A stretch of DNA of 64,000 bases from Octopus sinensis (Eukaryota), in the NCBI RefSeq assembly GCF_006345805.1, contig NC_043009.1:46624001-46688000 (forward strand), written 5' to 3'. The translations under genes and the position numbers were made by a program. Shown here one piece after another: positions 1 to 13,271 of the stretch (position 1 is its first letter; every line of letters begins with the position of its first letter). The notes beneath the pieces were generated by a model. The model saw only the letters and a list, made by a program, of their open reading frames with translations. It did no database searches and had not been told where the DNA came from.

Positions 1-1586
1 TTTTCAAATCTGCGTTGAGCAGAGTGATGGGCCTGAAATTATCTATGACGTCCCCCTTGTTTGGGTCTTTCTTGATCAGTGCCACTGCTCCTCGCTTTAC
101 AAAAGCAGGAATACTCCCGTTCTGCTGCCAGTTGCAGTAGACAGCTGCCAAGACGCCTCCAAACAAGTCTGGCATATGAAAATAAAATTCGTAGGGCAGA
201 CCATCCAAGCCTGGTGACTTGTCTCTCGCGCAGCCTACCATCGCATCCTGTACATCCGCAGCTGTGATAGGCTTTTCACAAGACTCCACCTCCCTTGCTG
301 AGAGTCGTGGCAAGGCATGCAGGTAGGCACTAAAGTCCACTCTGCTTTCTGACTCACCACTTGTCCCAAACAGTTGGGTGAAGTGTTGTTGAAAAAAACC
401 CCACACATCCTTTTAGGCTCGAGCAATTCGCGCCCCTGTTCATCTATAAGAGACTTGATGGTGGCTCTGTTGCCTCGTTGCGTCTCCACCACTCGGGCCT
501 CTTGGGCGGCTCCAACTCCTTCGTTCCTCAGAGCACGCATCCTAGCTCTGACAACGCATCCCTCGTGTTTGGCGTTGAGGTGTTGGTCGAGGGCCAATCT
601 CGCCGCCAGTACGTTGGACGCGATGCCAGTTCTAAGTGCCTCTTCTAAAACCTTAACTAATTCTCCCTCTATTCTATTTCGGTCTAATGCTAAGGCTCTA
701 CTGTATCTGACTGATTCTGCTTTAATCGCTTTTTTTAGGGCATACCACCATCTGTTGTTGATGATGGTACCCGTCAAAGCTCTTTTAACTAATGTGCTGA
801 TCCGGTCCCTGTAAACCTGTCGTGCTGTAAAAGACGCGTTCAGTTTCCAGTAACCAGGACCCTGCCTATGTGTCTTATCTAAGTCAAGTGTACAAGTCAC
901 AAACTTGTGATCTGTGTAACTGACTATATGAAATTGTGGACAACCTACACTATTTTTATCTATTGTCCTACAGAATACTCTGTCTAAGTATGATCTGGAC
1001 GACCCGATGCGGTTACTCCATGTCCACATTGGCACATTCGGGTGGTCCAGTCGGTACCTGTCAGACAGTTGGAAACGTCTGAGCAGGTCTTTGAGGCATT
1101 TGCATCCCCTTCTATTGCTATCTCTGCCCACGTAGTCTAGATGCGTGTCCAGGGTGGCATTCCAATCCCCCACTAAAAGTAAAGGACGAGACGTTCCCAT
1201 GAAAGACTCTAGACGTCGAAAGAAATCTGGTCGGCCTGTTAAGGACGGAGCATAAACTGCTATCAGTCGAAAAGCACACTCATTGCTGCCATCGACATCC
1301 AAAACGACCAGCCTACCCTCCGGTCTAGGAAATTTGCTCTTACTTTGAGATCCAGACTCTTCCGGATAAGCACCGCGGTGCCACCTCCGCCCATTCTCGG
1401 TAGACACGGAGAAAAATAAATGTTGAAATGTGTACCGAAAATGTGCTGGAGTGCCCGCAAGCTGTGGAGTCTGGTCTCACTGATGGCTATGATATTCAGA
1501 TTTAGTGACTTGATGTCATTTAACAGGTAGCCTTGTTTCCAAGGCGACCCCAAGCCACGTACATTTATACTACCTATTCTGAGCAT
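1..1586 (-). pseudogene. ORF2 (APE endonuclease plus RT N-terminus) with two apparent single-base frameshifts
   Basis: MLRIGSINVRGL...IIAISETR; LIAVYAP; LLLVGDWNA; SRSYLDRVF; TDHK; GPGYWKLN. After a shift near 375 I read KSPGLDGLPYEFY...NFRPITLLNADLK, open to base 1. Shifts near 1321 and 375-380. Confidence 0.9.
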
Positions 1587-1686
1587 GTTCCGATAAAAGT
1601 GCAAAAAAGGAAAAGGAGAGAGAAAAGGTTACTTGTTTTTCGAAAGTTCTTTGTCTTTCACCTCACGGTCTTCTTCTATGAGGCTT

Positions 1687-3799
1687 TTATACAGTTTTTT
1701 TCGATGAGTACTTTTGAAATCTCCCTACTGCATCAGGGTAAAGAGATTTCAGGGTGCTGTATGTGTTCTGTGTCACGTGTATTATTTTAATGTGTTGTGG
1801 TGGTGTTGTATGTGGGTGGTTACTTGTTTTTATGTCGTTTTCAGTAATGTTAGTGTTTGACCTAATGTGTTCCATTAGGTCGTGGTTGTTTGTGTTTATG
1901 GCTGTCAACATTTTTGGGGGGTTTGATGATGGTGTGTTTTGTGTTGATGTGTGTTTTTCTGTGGATGTTTTTGTTTCGGGAGTGGTGTATCTTCCCGCTT
2001 TGTTTGTTATTTTTTCTTTTCTTTTTTTCCCCTTTTTCTTCTCCCCCCTGTGGCTATTTGCCAATCTTCCGTGTCTTCTTCGTCTAATGACAGATCAGAC
2101 GAATCGGAGTCTGGAAGAGGGAAAGTATTGGGGTCTATTGTCGACTGTGTTGGTTTTGTTGTTGGTGTTGGTTGGTGAGCGTTTGGTTGTGGTGTATGCG
2201 GTTTTGGATGTGGGGTTTGGGTATTTTGTGTTTGAGTGATTGTGGGTATTGTTGTGTTGTTTAGGGTCTCAATTTTGTGGGGATTTGGAGTTGTAATTGT
2301 TTCTTCATTTTTGCTGGGTGTCTTTTTGGCAGATGTCCTTGGTTTGGGAGTTGGTATATTCTTGGTTGTGTTGTTGTGTGATGCTGCTTCTGTTCTTGGT
2401 GCTGCAGTTGGTGTGGTTGTTTGTTTGGTGAGGTTTGTTCCTGCAAAAAGTGGTGGGGTAGTAAACCTTGTTTATTTGTTTTTGTTTCCGGCTGCTGTTG
2501 TTGTTGCTGTTGTTTTCTTGCGGCAGATTTGCAGTCTTTTTTGAGGTGTTGCTCACTGCCGCATATGTAGCAACGTGGTCTTCTGCCATCGACGACCACA
2601 TATAACTTGTGGTCGTCTGATACACATATCTGGGTGGGTATTTTTTTTATATCCTCATGATGTATATGTAGAAGAAATTCTATTTTTTGTCCCACCCAGT
2701 TTTTATGCTCTGTGACTGTGGTTCCAAATAGTATAATTCGCCATTTTTACGCATAAGGCCTTTACAAGCCATAGACTATTGGCTATTTTGGGGACATTGT
2801 TTAGAGTGATCTTAGTCACTTTCTGTCCCCGATAGCTTGGTGTAAGTTGGAGTTCATCTGAGTGAAGAGTTAGCGTTGAGAAATGTCTAGCTAACTCTTC
2901 GTGTAGAAAACAACTTGTATGTGGGCAAATTTGTTCCACCAGGTTACATATTCTTTGTGATCCCAGATGGGTTTCAAGCATTTCTCTATTTTGCTGTGTT
3001 GGCCTTCTCTGGGATTTTTGTTTTTTTGTTAACTATTTTATAAATGATTGTTCGTCTTTTTTCATTTTCCAAAATATCTTCTGGTATGTTTATTTGTACT
3101 ATACCTTCTGATTCTGTTATTTTGATGTTCGTGTCCTGTATTGTTGAGCCGTAAAGTATATTGTTGTTTTTTTTCTTTAATCGCCTCAGCGAAATTTGTT
3201 GTTGTTTTGTTATTGTTGTTGCTTGTGGTGATGTTGTTGTTGGCTGCAGTTTGTAAAATTGGTGTGTTTGGTTCGATCGTGCTAGTAGGAAGGGGTGGAA
3301 AATTGCCTGCGTACTTTAGTCCTGCACTAGGGCAAAATTCGACATTTCGTTTGCTTGTCGTCGTTATTTTTTCACTTGTTGGTGATGGAGTGAGCAGTGG
3401 TTGAAGGGAATTGTTGTTGTCGTCGTTGTTGTTGTTGTTATTGTCGTTCTTGGTGACGGCGGTGGTGTTGGTAGTATTAGTAGCATTGACGGCACGGTCT
3501 TTGGTGGCGGTGATGGTGATGTTGTTATTGGTGGCGATATCTTTAGTAGGGATAGCAGTTTTAGTAGCAGATTCTGCCATGGTGTTGGTGGTGGTGGTGG
3601 ACTCACTGATGGTGTTGACGGTGCTTGGCCTTGCGACCTTTGTTTTGTATTTGTTGCTGTTGGTGGTGGTGGAGTTGTCAGGTTCGGCGTATGCTAACAG
3701 AGCATCCTGTTTTTCTGTTTCTGCGTCACGCTTCACTTGCAACTCAGCCTCGTGGTGGCCAGTGGCCATTTTGGAAATAAAATGGTTAAATGAAACCAC
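1687..3799 (-). pseudogene. ORF1 (gag-like nucleic-acid-binding protein), split across frames
   Basis: Track ORFs 3062-3799, 2703-2981, 2261-2695 and 1687-2064 are colinear. VVVDGRRPRCYICGSEQHLKKDC is a CX2CX4HX4C knuckle. T/N/Q low-complexity flanks; lies directly upstream of ORF2. Confidence 0.75.
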
Positions 3800-3986
3800 G
3801 AAGGCTATGAGAATTTTTTCTTTTAAATTTTGCCCACAAGGGGCAAAATTTTGTGTCGATATTTATCAAAGGTTTACAGTGGATGTTGTTGCGCAACTTT
3901 TAAGCACAAAATGTTTGTCAATATACACTTTTAAATGGTCAAAATAAATGATTACCTTCGGAGCTGAAACGACATCACATCCGTCA

Positions 3987-3994
3987 GAGATAGG

Positions 3995-4054
<60 letters not shown>

Positions 4055-4067
4055 AAGAGAGAGAGGG

Positions 4068-4135
<68 letters not shown>

Positions 4136-4157
4136 TATGGATTGATAGATAGATAGA
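3987..4157. repeat. (AGAT)n microsatellite
   Basis: Direct sequence. Confidence 0.98.
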
Positions 4158-4554
4158 TCTCCAAGATCAGTTCATGAACTTGGTTGGTCTTCAAGCGACA
4201 AATGCCCATCCTTAAAGTATGGAAACTACTAGTAAACCTGTATTTTGCTCGTGGTAGCGGCCTTGTAAACTGTCTGAAGCATGACAACTGTTTCGGTTGG
4301 CATTTTTCCCAGCAGAAAACAGAATTTCAGGGAGGCACGCTCTTCCTTCTTTTCAGTCATCGCAAAAATCGACGTACAGGGGAGAAGCACTACAACACAA
4401 AGACGTACTACGTGACAGTACATCAACACCTGACGACGCCGGTCGACAGACTGTTGCCTGAGGGTTGCATCGAGTGGCTTCTAACGGTGGAATTCTGAAA
4501 TGCAACGGGTTTGTCCCACAGAGAATGTTTCCATTACTTTTGGGTACCCTTGTA
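4158..4554 (-). mobile_element. mariner 5' fragment (TIR plus transposase HTH)
   Basis: Minus strand begins TA-CAAGGGTACCCAAAAGT; [28 protein letters not shown] is a mariner N-terminal HTH. Confidence 0.8.
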
Positions 4555-4587
4555 CATACATACATAGATACATATATACATACATAT

Positions 4588-4618
<31 letters not shown>

Positions 4619-6077
4619 CATACATACATGTTTATATAAATACATATATACATACATATATACATGCATAGAGAGAGGACTTGATGAAAATTTATTTAGC
4701 ATCCTGAAATAGTGCTTTTTTTTTCTCTTTTGAAAGTTAGTGTTCATCTAAAGTGTTCAAAATTGGAATGAGATAAAATCCTCATCAAAAATATAGCAAG
4801 AGCACTGTTTTGAGACTACGGAATCTATAGTTGTTGTTCGATATTTGTCGCCTCTACTACATTGTTAATTTACATGAATTATTTTTATATTTACGACAGG
4901 AAACGCTCACCCTTTCGAAAAATATACCTATATCAGATCGTGAGTAAATACTGGTTCATACAGTTATATTACAAGTTTCTTGAATGTTTGTACTAGCATC
5001 TTCTTTATTGTTATTGAAAATGCTAAACGTGTTGAACAGTGATCAGCCTTTAAAACGAAAGGAAAATTGGCAAGATCTGTTCAGGTTTTGATCTGTGGAA
5101 TTAAAATATATGATCCTTATCGTGCATTATTAATCAGCTCTGCTGCTATGCAGGTGTCATATATTAGCAATCTTCATTCTTGTATCACGGCCTAATCTGT
5201 GTTGAAGCGTTCCAGTTCATACTATGATATACGATGATAACTATTGCTGCATGCGATAAACATGCATAATCTTACATGTTAGATACCGTCACTGCCGTCA
5301 AACGCGTCTTTATGTCAGCATTCTTTAATTGTAACACTACTTTGATGTTAAACTCCTTCTCCAGCATTTCATTAGATATGAATGAGTCTTCGTTTCTTAT
5401 AATCTTTCAAAGTTTCATTCGTAAACAGACTTATTCCCTAGAGAAACTTCGACTCTGAACTGTGACTTCGAATGACACCATATTCGGAAATACCGCACAG
5501 TACTACGAGATTTCTGTTTCTAAGCAGAAGCAAAAATGCCAGATCTTTTGCTGATCGTTCCTTGCGCACCTATTTTCGACATGTCTGTGTCATATGAACA
5601 AAAGCTGGAAGACAGATTCATTTATTGCCACTATAGTACCGTCTGTAAGAACCAGTAATAATGAAAAGTGAGACATATCGTTGTATCTTAGGCATCCTTC
5701 AGCAACACTCTCAGTATGCGCTGTAATCATAGATACAACACAATACATAATGCATTGCTCTTACATAGTCGTAAAGGAAGTTCAAAGTGAATAATTTACA
5801 TGAGATACTAGGAATATTCACATGAAAATAATGTCATTACGTGGTACCGGTGGTGATCACTCGTAAGGTAGCAATCACAAATACTTTGGTTGCTTATCAA
5901 CTTCAGAGATTACTCGTACCTGCACCTCAATTATCTCAAAATATTTGAGGTATACCTGCTCCTGAATATTTGTGTTCAATTTCAACAAGTAAATTAAGAT
6001 AACATAAAAGTTTCGAATCTTCAATCTCATATTACATACATAGACATGCATATATACATACATATATATATATTTAA

Positions 6078-6130
<53 letters not shown>

Positions 6131-6131
6131 T

Positions 6132-6168
<37 letters not shown>

Positions 6169-6228
6169 ATATGTATGTCTATGTATGTATTATGAGATTG
6201 AAAATTGGAAACTTTTATGTTATCTTAG

Positions 6229-6280
<52 letters not shown>

Positions 6281-6657
6281 TAGAATATAAGGATAAAATC
6301 ACGTTGATAATTTTTATCATGTAGACAGCATGCAATAAACATTTATATATAATTTATATATTAAATTAATAATTATATGTCTATATATATATATAGTGTG
6401 TGTTCATAAATTTAAAGTAAACAGAAAATGTATATATATATATTATATATATATATATATATTATATATACTAAGCAATAAGGGTTTAGCAACGAGTTGC
6501 CTTACCACATACCGAATTTAGAAATAGCAGTCAAAGGTTTATAGCTATTTCTTCTACTAAAAAGGGAGATCTCAGTAAAAACAGCATTTGGAAGGCAGAC
6601 ACAAACAGGTAAGAGAGAATGAATTGACTGCAATCTATCATACATTTTTTTAGTTAT

Positions 6658-6762
6658 CCACGGACGTACGTTTCGAAATCAAGTTTTTAGGAAAGCATAA
6701 GAATTAAATATTAAATATTAAATAATTCTATCTTACCGAAACTTCTTTTCTCTTCAGCGTAG
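6658..6762 (-). ncRNA. minimal type I hammerhead ribozyme motif, copy 1
   Basis: CUACG-CUGAAGA-[stem II GAAA..AAGUUU / AAACUU..UUUC]-GAAAC-GUAC-GUC-CGUGG. Core intact, palindromic stem III, GUC cleavage triplet. Confidence 0.8.
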
Positions 6763-7255
6763 AATACTATAATCATAAATGATTATATATTGAATTTTGA
6801 GATACCAGAAGGCACCAACTCAACTCAGTATCAGAGCGAGCTAGAATCCGCAACTGGTATCACCGAATTCAATTTGTGAATGAAACGATTGTGTCAACAG
6901 CCCCTTCCCACCCGCGTGTAGCCAAAACAAGATGCTGTGGTCATCTACTGAGATAAAATATGGTTATCCGTAATAATGAGGGTGAAATTAATTAATTTGG
7001 AAAAATTATCAATTACACCAAGTAGTCTTCGGCATGTAAAAGCCTCATTCGAGGAAAATTTAAGTAATACTAAGCAATAAGGTTTAGCAACGAGTTGCCT
7101 TACCACATACCGAATTTAGAAATAGCAGTCAAAGGGTTATAGCTATTTCTTCTACTAAAAAGGGAGATCTCAGTAAAAACAGCATTTGGAAGGCAGACAC
7201 AAACAGGTAAGAGAGAATGAATTGACTGCAATCTATCATACATTTTTTTAGTTAT

Positions 7256-7360
7256 CCACGGACGTACGTTTCGAAATCAAGTTTTTAGGAAAGCATAAGA
7301 ATTAAATATTAAATATTAAATAATTCTATCTTACCGAAACTTCTTTTCTCTTCAGCGTAG
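7256..7360 (-). ncRNA. minimal type I hammerhead ribozyme motif, copy 2
   Basis: Same motif as copy 1. Confidence 0.8.
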
Positions 7361-7854
7361 AATACTATAATCATAAATGATTATATATTGAATTTTAAGA
7401 TACCAGAAGGCACCAACTCAACTCAGTATCAGAGCGAGCTAGAATCCGCAACTGGTATCACCGAATTCAATTTGTGAATGAAACGATTGTGTCAACAGCC
7501 CCTTCCCACCCGCGTGTAGCCAAAACAAGATGCTGTGGTCATCTACTGAGATAAAATATGGTTATCCGTAATAATGAAGGGTGAAATTAATTAATTTGGA
7601 AAAATTATCAATTACACCAAGTAGTCTTCGGCATGTAAAAGCCTCATTCGAGGAAAATTTAAGTAATACTAAGCAATAAGGGTTTAGCAACGAGTTGCCT
7701 TACCACATACCGAATTTAGAAATAGCAGTCAAAGGGTTATAGCTATTTCTTCTACTAAAAAGGGAGATCTCAGTAAAAACAGCATTGGAAGGCAGACACA
7801 AACAGGTAAGAGAGAATGAATTGACTGCAATCTATCATACATTTTTTTAGTTAT

Positions 7855-7958
7855 CCACGGACGTACGTTTCGAAATCAAGTTTTTAGGAAAGCATAAGAA
7901 TTAAATATTAAATATTAAATAATTCTATCTTACCGAACTTCTTTTCTCTTCAGCGTAG
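7855..7958 (-). ncRNA. minimal type I hammerhead ribozyme motif, copy 3
   Basis: Same motif with a 1-nt deletion in distal stem II. Confidence 0.78.
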
Positions 7959-8295
7959 AATACTATAATCATAAATGATTATATATTGAATTTTGAGATA
8001 CCAGAAGGCACCAACTCAACTCAGTATCAGAGCGAGCTAGAATCCGCAACTGGTATCACCGAATTCAATTTGTGAATGAAACGATTGTGTCAACAGCCCC
8101 TTCCCACCCGCGTGTAGCCATATATATATATATGCATACATATATACATACCCTTTGTTCACCTAATCCACTCACAAGGCTTCAATCGCTCAGAAGCTGT
8201 AATAGAAAGCACTTTCCCAAGACACCACGCTGGGGGACTGAACCCCTGAACTAAATGGTTGGGAAGCAAGCTCCTTACCATATAGCCATATATAT

Positions 8296-8342
<47 letters not shown>

Positions 8343-9967
8343 TATTATACGCATGTGTTTATGTGTTTATATATATATGCATAGATACATATTTTGGATA
8401 TACATGTTCTGAAGTCAAGTTCCCATGGCAATTAGTATTATAACGTAAAATATATCATTGGTAAACCTTATTTACTTTAGTGATTTAGGCATACTAACTG
8501 GACTTCATGTTTGATTCATATTACCCACCACTAGTCTGATGAAAAATGATGTCAGTCATATTTCATTGAACGTATATTGACTATAGCTTTATTACTTCGT
8601 CATAGAAGATTACGAGGCGAGTGCGTATTATATGTTTGACATCGCTTTCAAACTCCTACAGGAAGCCATGTAGGACTTTCTGAGAAAATGCATAATAATT
8701 TTGTTTGCAAATCATTATAGATCTATGAAACATATGAGTGATGATTTTAGAACAGAGAAAGATACTGAATATAATGTCTAGTGAATGAGTGTCTAAATAT
8801 AGAACGTTTTAATTGCGTCGAATGATATTTCAAAGACAATTTCATAATTCAGGAAATCACGTATGAGTAGTGAAACTTTAATTTTGCTTGCTGTGTCCGT
8901 TATGATTTCAACAATCAGAAGTCAGTCAACACATTAAATTACAAAAGCTATCCTTTTCAGCAAATCCTCACTATCTAGAAGTATTGATGATATGGCTGAA
9001 AAATATGTTGATCAATTACAAATAGAGCGGTTAACCTGCAAATTGGGGAATTCATGAAGTTTACAAAGTACTAAAAGCGTTTGGTTTCTTTTTGGGTGGT
9101 GATCTATTCCATGGGGCAATTCTTATTACCAGAAATCACAAGTCATTTATCAAAATAGAAAACTCTTTTTAAGGATTTCATATTAATTTCTAGAAAAATA
9201 ATAATAATCGTTATCAAAAGAGAAAACTATTTTTAAGGATTTCATATTATTTTCAGGAAAAATGATAATCTTCTTGTAAAGCTGATAGTGTTCGCCTTAT
9301 AATAACTAAATTTTTGATAATGATGTACTATAGTTTTCCTTGTTTTCTTTTGTATACAGTGCGTGATCTACAGCCACCATTTGATTGCAAAAGGCCTGTA
9401 GTATGTCTGAAAGACATATCTGTTGTTGTAATAGATATTACCAACCGTATTACGCCAAATACATTTCAATATCGCATTTCATAATGCAGAAGAGACTGAA
9501 CGTCTGTTGATGCATACAGTGGAGTAAGAGACTGCAAAAGATACTTTTATTCAGCTATTTCGTGTAACTTTATATAATAGTGAAATTACTGACTTGTCAG
9601 TAACACGGAAGACAGATTATTTCTGTCAAATGTGGTATCCTTTTCATCTCAGATGTATTTTGAAAGCTTAATTTGACACATAAACAGTTATTGAAATATC
9701 TTTCAAAAACATTATTAAGACTTCACAGGCAAAACGTTATTCTGAGTTGATACAGGTCGTTGCCAATTACGTTTCTGTAAATGGTTTACCTTGACATTCA
9801 AATATAAGATTATAGATTTTCTATAAGCGTTAGACTTTTGAAGCATTGGTGGAATAACATATTCGTAAAAGTTCGGTCCAGCAGCTTTTAAGAGATAAGT
9901 ATTACAAGTTAGGGGGTGAACCCTTATTGGGTTACATCTAAATTATGTCAATATTATATCTAACGAA

Positions 9968-10155
9968 GACGGCAGTAGCAGAATCGTTAGCATGCCGGGC
10001 AAAATGCTTAACAGTATTTCGTCCATCTTTACGTTCTGAGTTCAAATTCCGCCGAGGTCGATTTTGCCTTTCATCTTTTCGGGGCCGATAAAAGTCAATG
10101 TAATCAACTTAACCCCTAGCCCGATATTGCTGGTCTTGTGCCTAAATTTGAAACT
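9968..10155 (+). mobile_element. tRNA-head SINE (same head as 16432, different tail)
   Basis: gcagaatcgttagca...gagttcaaattccgccgaggtcga; B-box-like GTTCAAATTCC. Confidence 0.75.
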
Positions 10156-11639
10156 AATATTACGTCAAACAAAAACCTTCCGAGGTACAGGAAGATCAAA
10201 CAACTCAAGTAGATTCAAACACTATATAAAAGTAAGTGATGAAATTGCTCGGAGAACTCCACTGCCTGGTATTGCTACGTACTGAGTCTGACATTAACCA
10301 CGTGATATACCTTTTCTTCAAAGCCCGAACGCGCTTTACTATTGTAACGGAAAGCGATTTTCATATGTCAGACAAAAAGACAACTACAGTTCAATATTAA
10401 AAAACATGTCTGTATGTATCTCATTTAATAAAGTAATCATAAATAATATGATCCATATGAACCATTTGGATCTCATTTAATAAAGTGACCATAATAAAAT
10501 ATTTTCAATCTATTTTATGCTTCGAAGAAACATATTTCTGACAATAATGTCCACGCTATTAAATTGAAATTATGCTAGTTCTTAAATCTTATGTTTCTGG
10601 TGTACATATCATATTTGTAGAATTTTATTTTTAATATACAATATTTATATACAGAAATGATAAATTTTTGTAAATTACTTCAAACACCTGCTATTAATAC
10701 ATATTGCAAATGGTGAAATAACATTTCTTAACTAAAAGCGCCTCACAAGTGATAATCAGAAGAATATATAGCACTGAACTCTACGCGAAAAGCTTAAATC
10801 TATTGGTGTAGAGAATATGTCTCCATTCTATAGGCTTACCATCTGTAAAATACGGATACATTTTGAGAAACTAAAGAAGAAAAACTGAGTATGTAATATG
10901 CATATGGCGAATATGAGTAATAATTAATATGATTAATAATTGCTCCTTGTAGATAATATGAAATTTTCGTGTTGTTCTCCAACAAATAAAATACTATCGT
11001 TAGATTGTATCATTTGAATGAACGAATATACGAGATGATGTGTCAGTTGCAGCCTACTGGCGGAAACGGAAACAGAAACGGTCTCAACTGGTAATCGAAA
11101 TAGACTATGTTTTCTACTGGACGCATAAGGACATTATTTTCTTCGACTTTCGGTAATATCGGTATTATCTACTCACCATTACACGTTTATTTGCTAATCA
11201 GTTACAAAATTGTATGACATAGGATGAACATGTAAGAAATCTATTAGAAATTCTTTAGACAGAGAGTCAAAACATACAAAACTTACATTTGGATGAAGCG
11301 TTTATATTACCAAATGAAACATGTTAATGGTGAATGAATAATAACAAAACAATTATCTAATCTCTTGCTTTGATATAAAATTACTCTACAAATAATATTG
11401 CCAGAATGTTCAACTCATGTGCGCACTTGACCCAAATATAACTACATACGGAACTGGAATACTGGAATAAACAGGTGTTCTTCAAGAGGACACAGTTTGG
11501 AATTTAACCCAAACTACATAATATATATGTAGACTAAGGTTCCTCCATTCACTACACTGGCACTAAGTTTTCGAGCAGCTCGCTTAAATTCTGTATGAAA
11601 ATGAGTGATTTTTTGAAAATACAAACTCCATTACTTGTT

Positions 11640-11960
11640 TCCTACAATATGCTTTGAACGACGGTTTTATAAAATCATTAAATGGTAGTCAAGGTTTCAG
11701 CTTGGGGCACTTTCCACGAGCAGGATCGCTATATAACATTTGTTTAGGAATTCTCCGAGCCTTCATCCGCACAATGTCCCCAATCCAATGTAATCATCGT
11801 GTCAATAAGAAGGATATCGGCTCCGTCAAGTCTTCTGTTGATGGAATCTACAAGGATCAGTCAAAATTTATAAAGTATCTTAGACATCACTGAATGAAGT
11901 ATTCATGGACACTTAGATGAACGGCTTTGAATATTTTGAGGATTTTACTGCAAGGTACTG
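11640..11960 (-). mobile_element. RTE-clade LINE C-terminal relic
   Basis: Translates with stops to LHWIGDIVRMKARRIPKQMLYSDPARGK, resembling the RTE RL-W-GHV-RM...RIPKQLLY motif. Confidence 0.65.
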
Positions 11961-13080
11961 CGTAATGCTATCTGTCATTCGCTTTTATTTATGAAATCGC
12001 TATAAAATCACAATCGGTCATGAAGTAAACCTCGTGGGGTGTGTCAAAAGAATACCTCATTGAAAGAGCTAAAAGATCGCCACTTTATCGAATGCAGGAG
12101 TATAAAGGTGGGACCAAAGGTATCTGAAAGGAAGAAAATAAGATCAAACAGCAATTGAAAATGCCACAGCACGCTCGATTTGTTCATTACTCATCCGTAC
12201 CATGTCAAGTACATAAGTTAATAGTGCGATGGATTCTTGATGGTCTAATCACAGTCAAAAACAAGGATACCATAATCATAACTTCTAAATGGTTATGACC
12301 CAGAAACATGTACAATACTTTCACTAGCTGCTTTAGTGACTATGTACTTATGAGTACACATAAAATGTCCTTCGGTCCTCCCATTCCCAGACGCAGTAAA
12401 TCATCGAGAATGGTGTAAGTGCTGCGGCAGTACTAGACGGGTACTCATTTTTCAGCTAAATGATCAGGAGCAATCTAAAATGGCTGAACAAAGAGAAATG
12501 CACGACTCGACACAATATTCAAAATTAAGACTTCTTGTTCGTAAGCCCATTGCTGCAAACAAATAGGCTATATGACTTCACAGCATAACCAGAACTTAGC
12601 TAAAAATCTTAACGTAATTACGTAACAAAATATAATCAGATGTACGATATACATTTCGGTAATTAAAACATCACGTTAATAAGCTTTTACATGGTATAAG
12701 ATTTGTTGTTCAGCCCTACGTCGATGTGGATCAAACAATATACAAAACCCTTACATTTTTAAGTAAACCATCATTTTCTTTTTAGATATAGTGGTATCTT
12801 CTAATGTCTCATTTAAGATGCACAATAAAGGAAATCTCGTTGATATTTCAAGCTGGAGGAGAACTAAGTGAGGGTCATGTCATCAACTCGCACTTGTTGT
12901 GTGGTGGATTGTGGAATGCCTGCTTTGCGTTACTTATGATGCACAAATCAATATATAAGGTTCTTATATATCACGGAACGTGTCAACCTCCTTAAAGCAT
13001 ATAAATCTTCCATCAATTTTTAGCACCCAGAACGATTTCTTGCATGATTAACATACTAAGTTAATATTACACAGATGATC

Positions 13081-13240
13081 AGGGCGGTGAACTGGCAAAA
13101 TCATTGGCATGCCGGGAAAATTCTTTAACAGTATTTCGTTCATCTTCACCTTCTGAGTTCAAATTCCGCCGAGGTCGACTTCGGTTTTCATCCTTTCGAG
13201 GTCGAGAAAATGAGAACCAGTAGAGTTCTGAGGTCGATGT
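13081..13240 (+). mobile_element. tRNA-head SINE fragment
   Basis: ggcggtgaactggcaaaatc...gagttcaaattccgccgaggtcgac matches the copies at 9968 and 16432. Confidence 0.75.
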
Positions 13241-13271
13241 AATCCCAGCTTTCTACATAACTCCTAGTAGA

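Larger units (their letters stand above)
1..3987 (-). mobile_element. L1/Tx1-type non-LTR retrotransposon, near full length on its 5' side; RT continues past the window start
   Basis: ORF1 pieces with a CCHC knuckle followed by ORF2 APE endonuclease and RT start. The right end abuts (AGAT)n. The exact 5' end lies somewhere between ~3800 and 3987. Confidence 0.9.
6471..8120 (-). repeat. 599-bp tandem repeat, 2.75 near-identical copies, each with a hammerhead motif
   Basis: Units start at 6471, 7070 and 7669 (ctaagcaataag...). Copies differ by a few mostly homopolymer indels. (TA)n on both flanks. Confidence 0.97.

Noticed and set aside
374-814. 146-aa plus-strand ORF and other antisense ORFs over the Tx1 element (1754-2544, 3141-3947)
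   Set aside because: Shadows of the LINE ORFs or of low-complexity sequence.
5270-5660. Possible minus-strand host exons (GT-AG signals; IIRNEDSFISNEMLEKEF...)
   Set aside because: Stops occur in all frames from the best acceptor, and no protein family is recognisable.
10190-10237. Possible 41-nt micro-exon ending AA|GTAAGT
   Set aside because: Weak acceptor, no partner exons and no transcript evidence.
12235-12315. Degenerate hammerhead-like segments (also ~27385-27410, ~30510, ~48088-48140, ~62290)
   Set aside because: One half of the catalytic core is mutated or missing in each; at most decayed relics.
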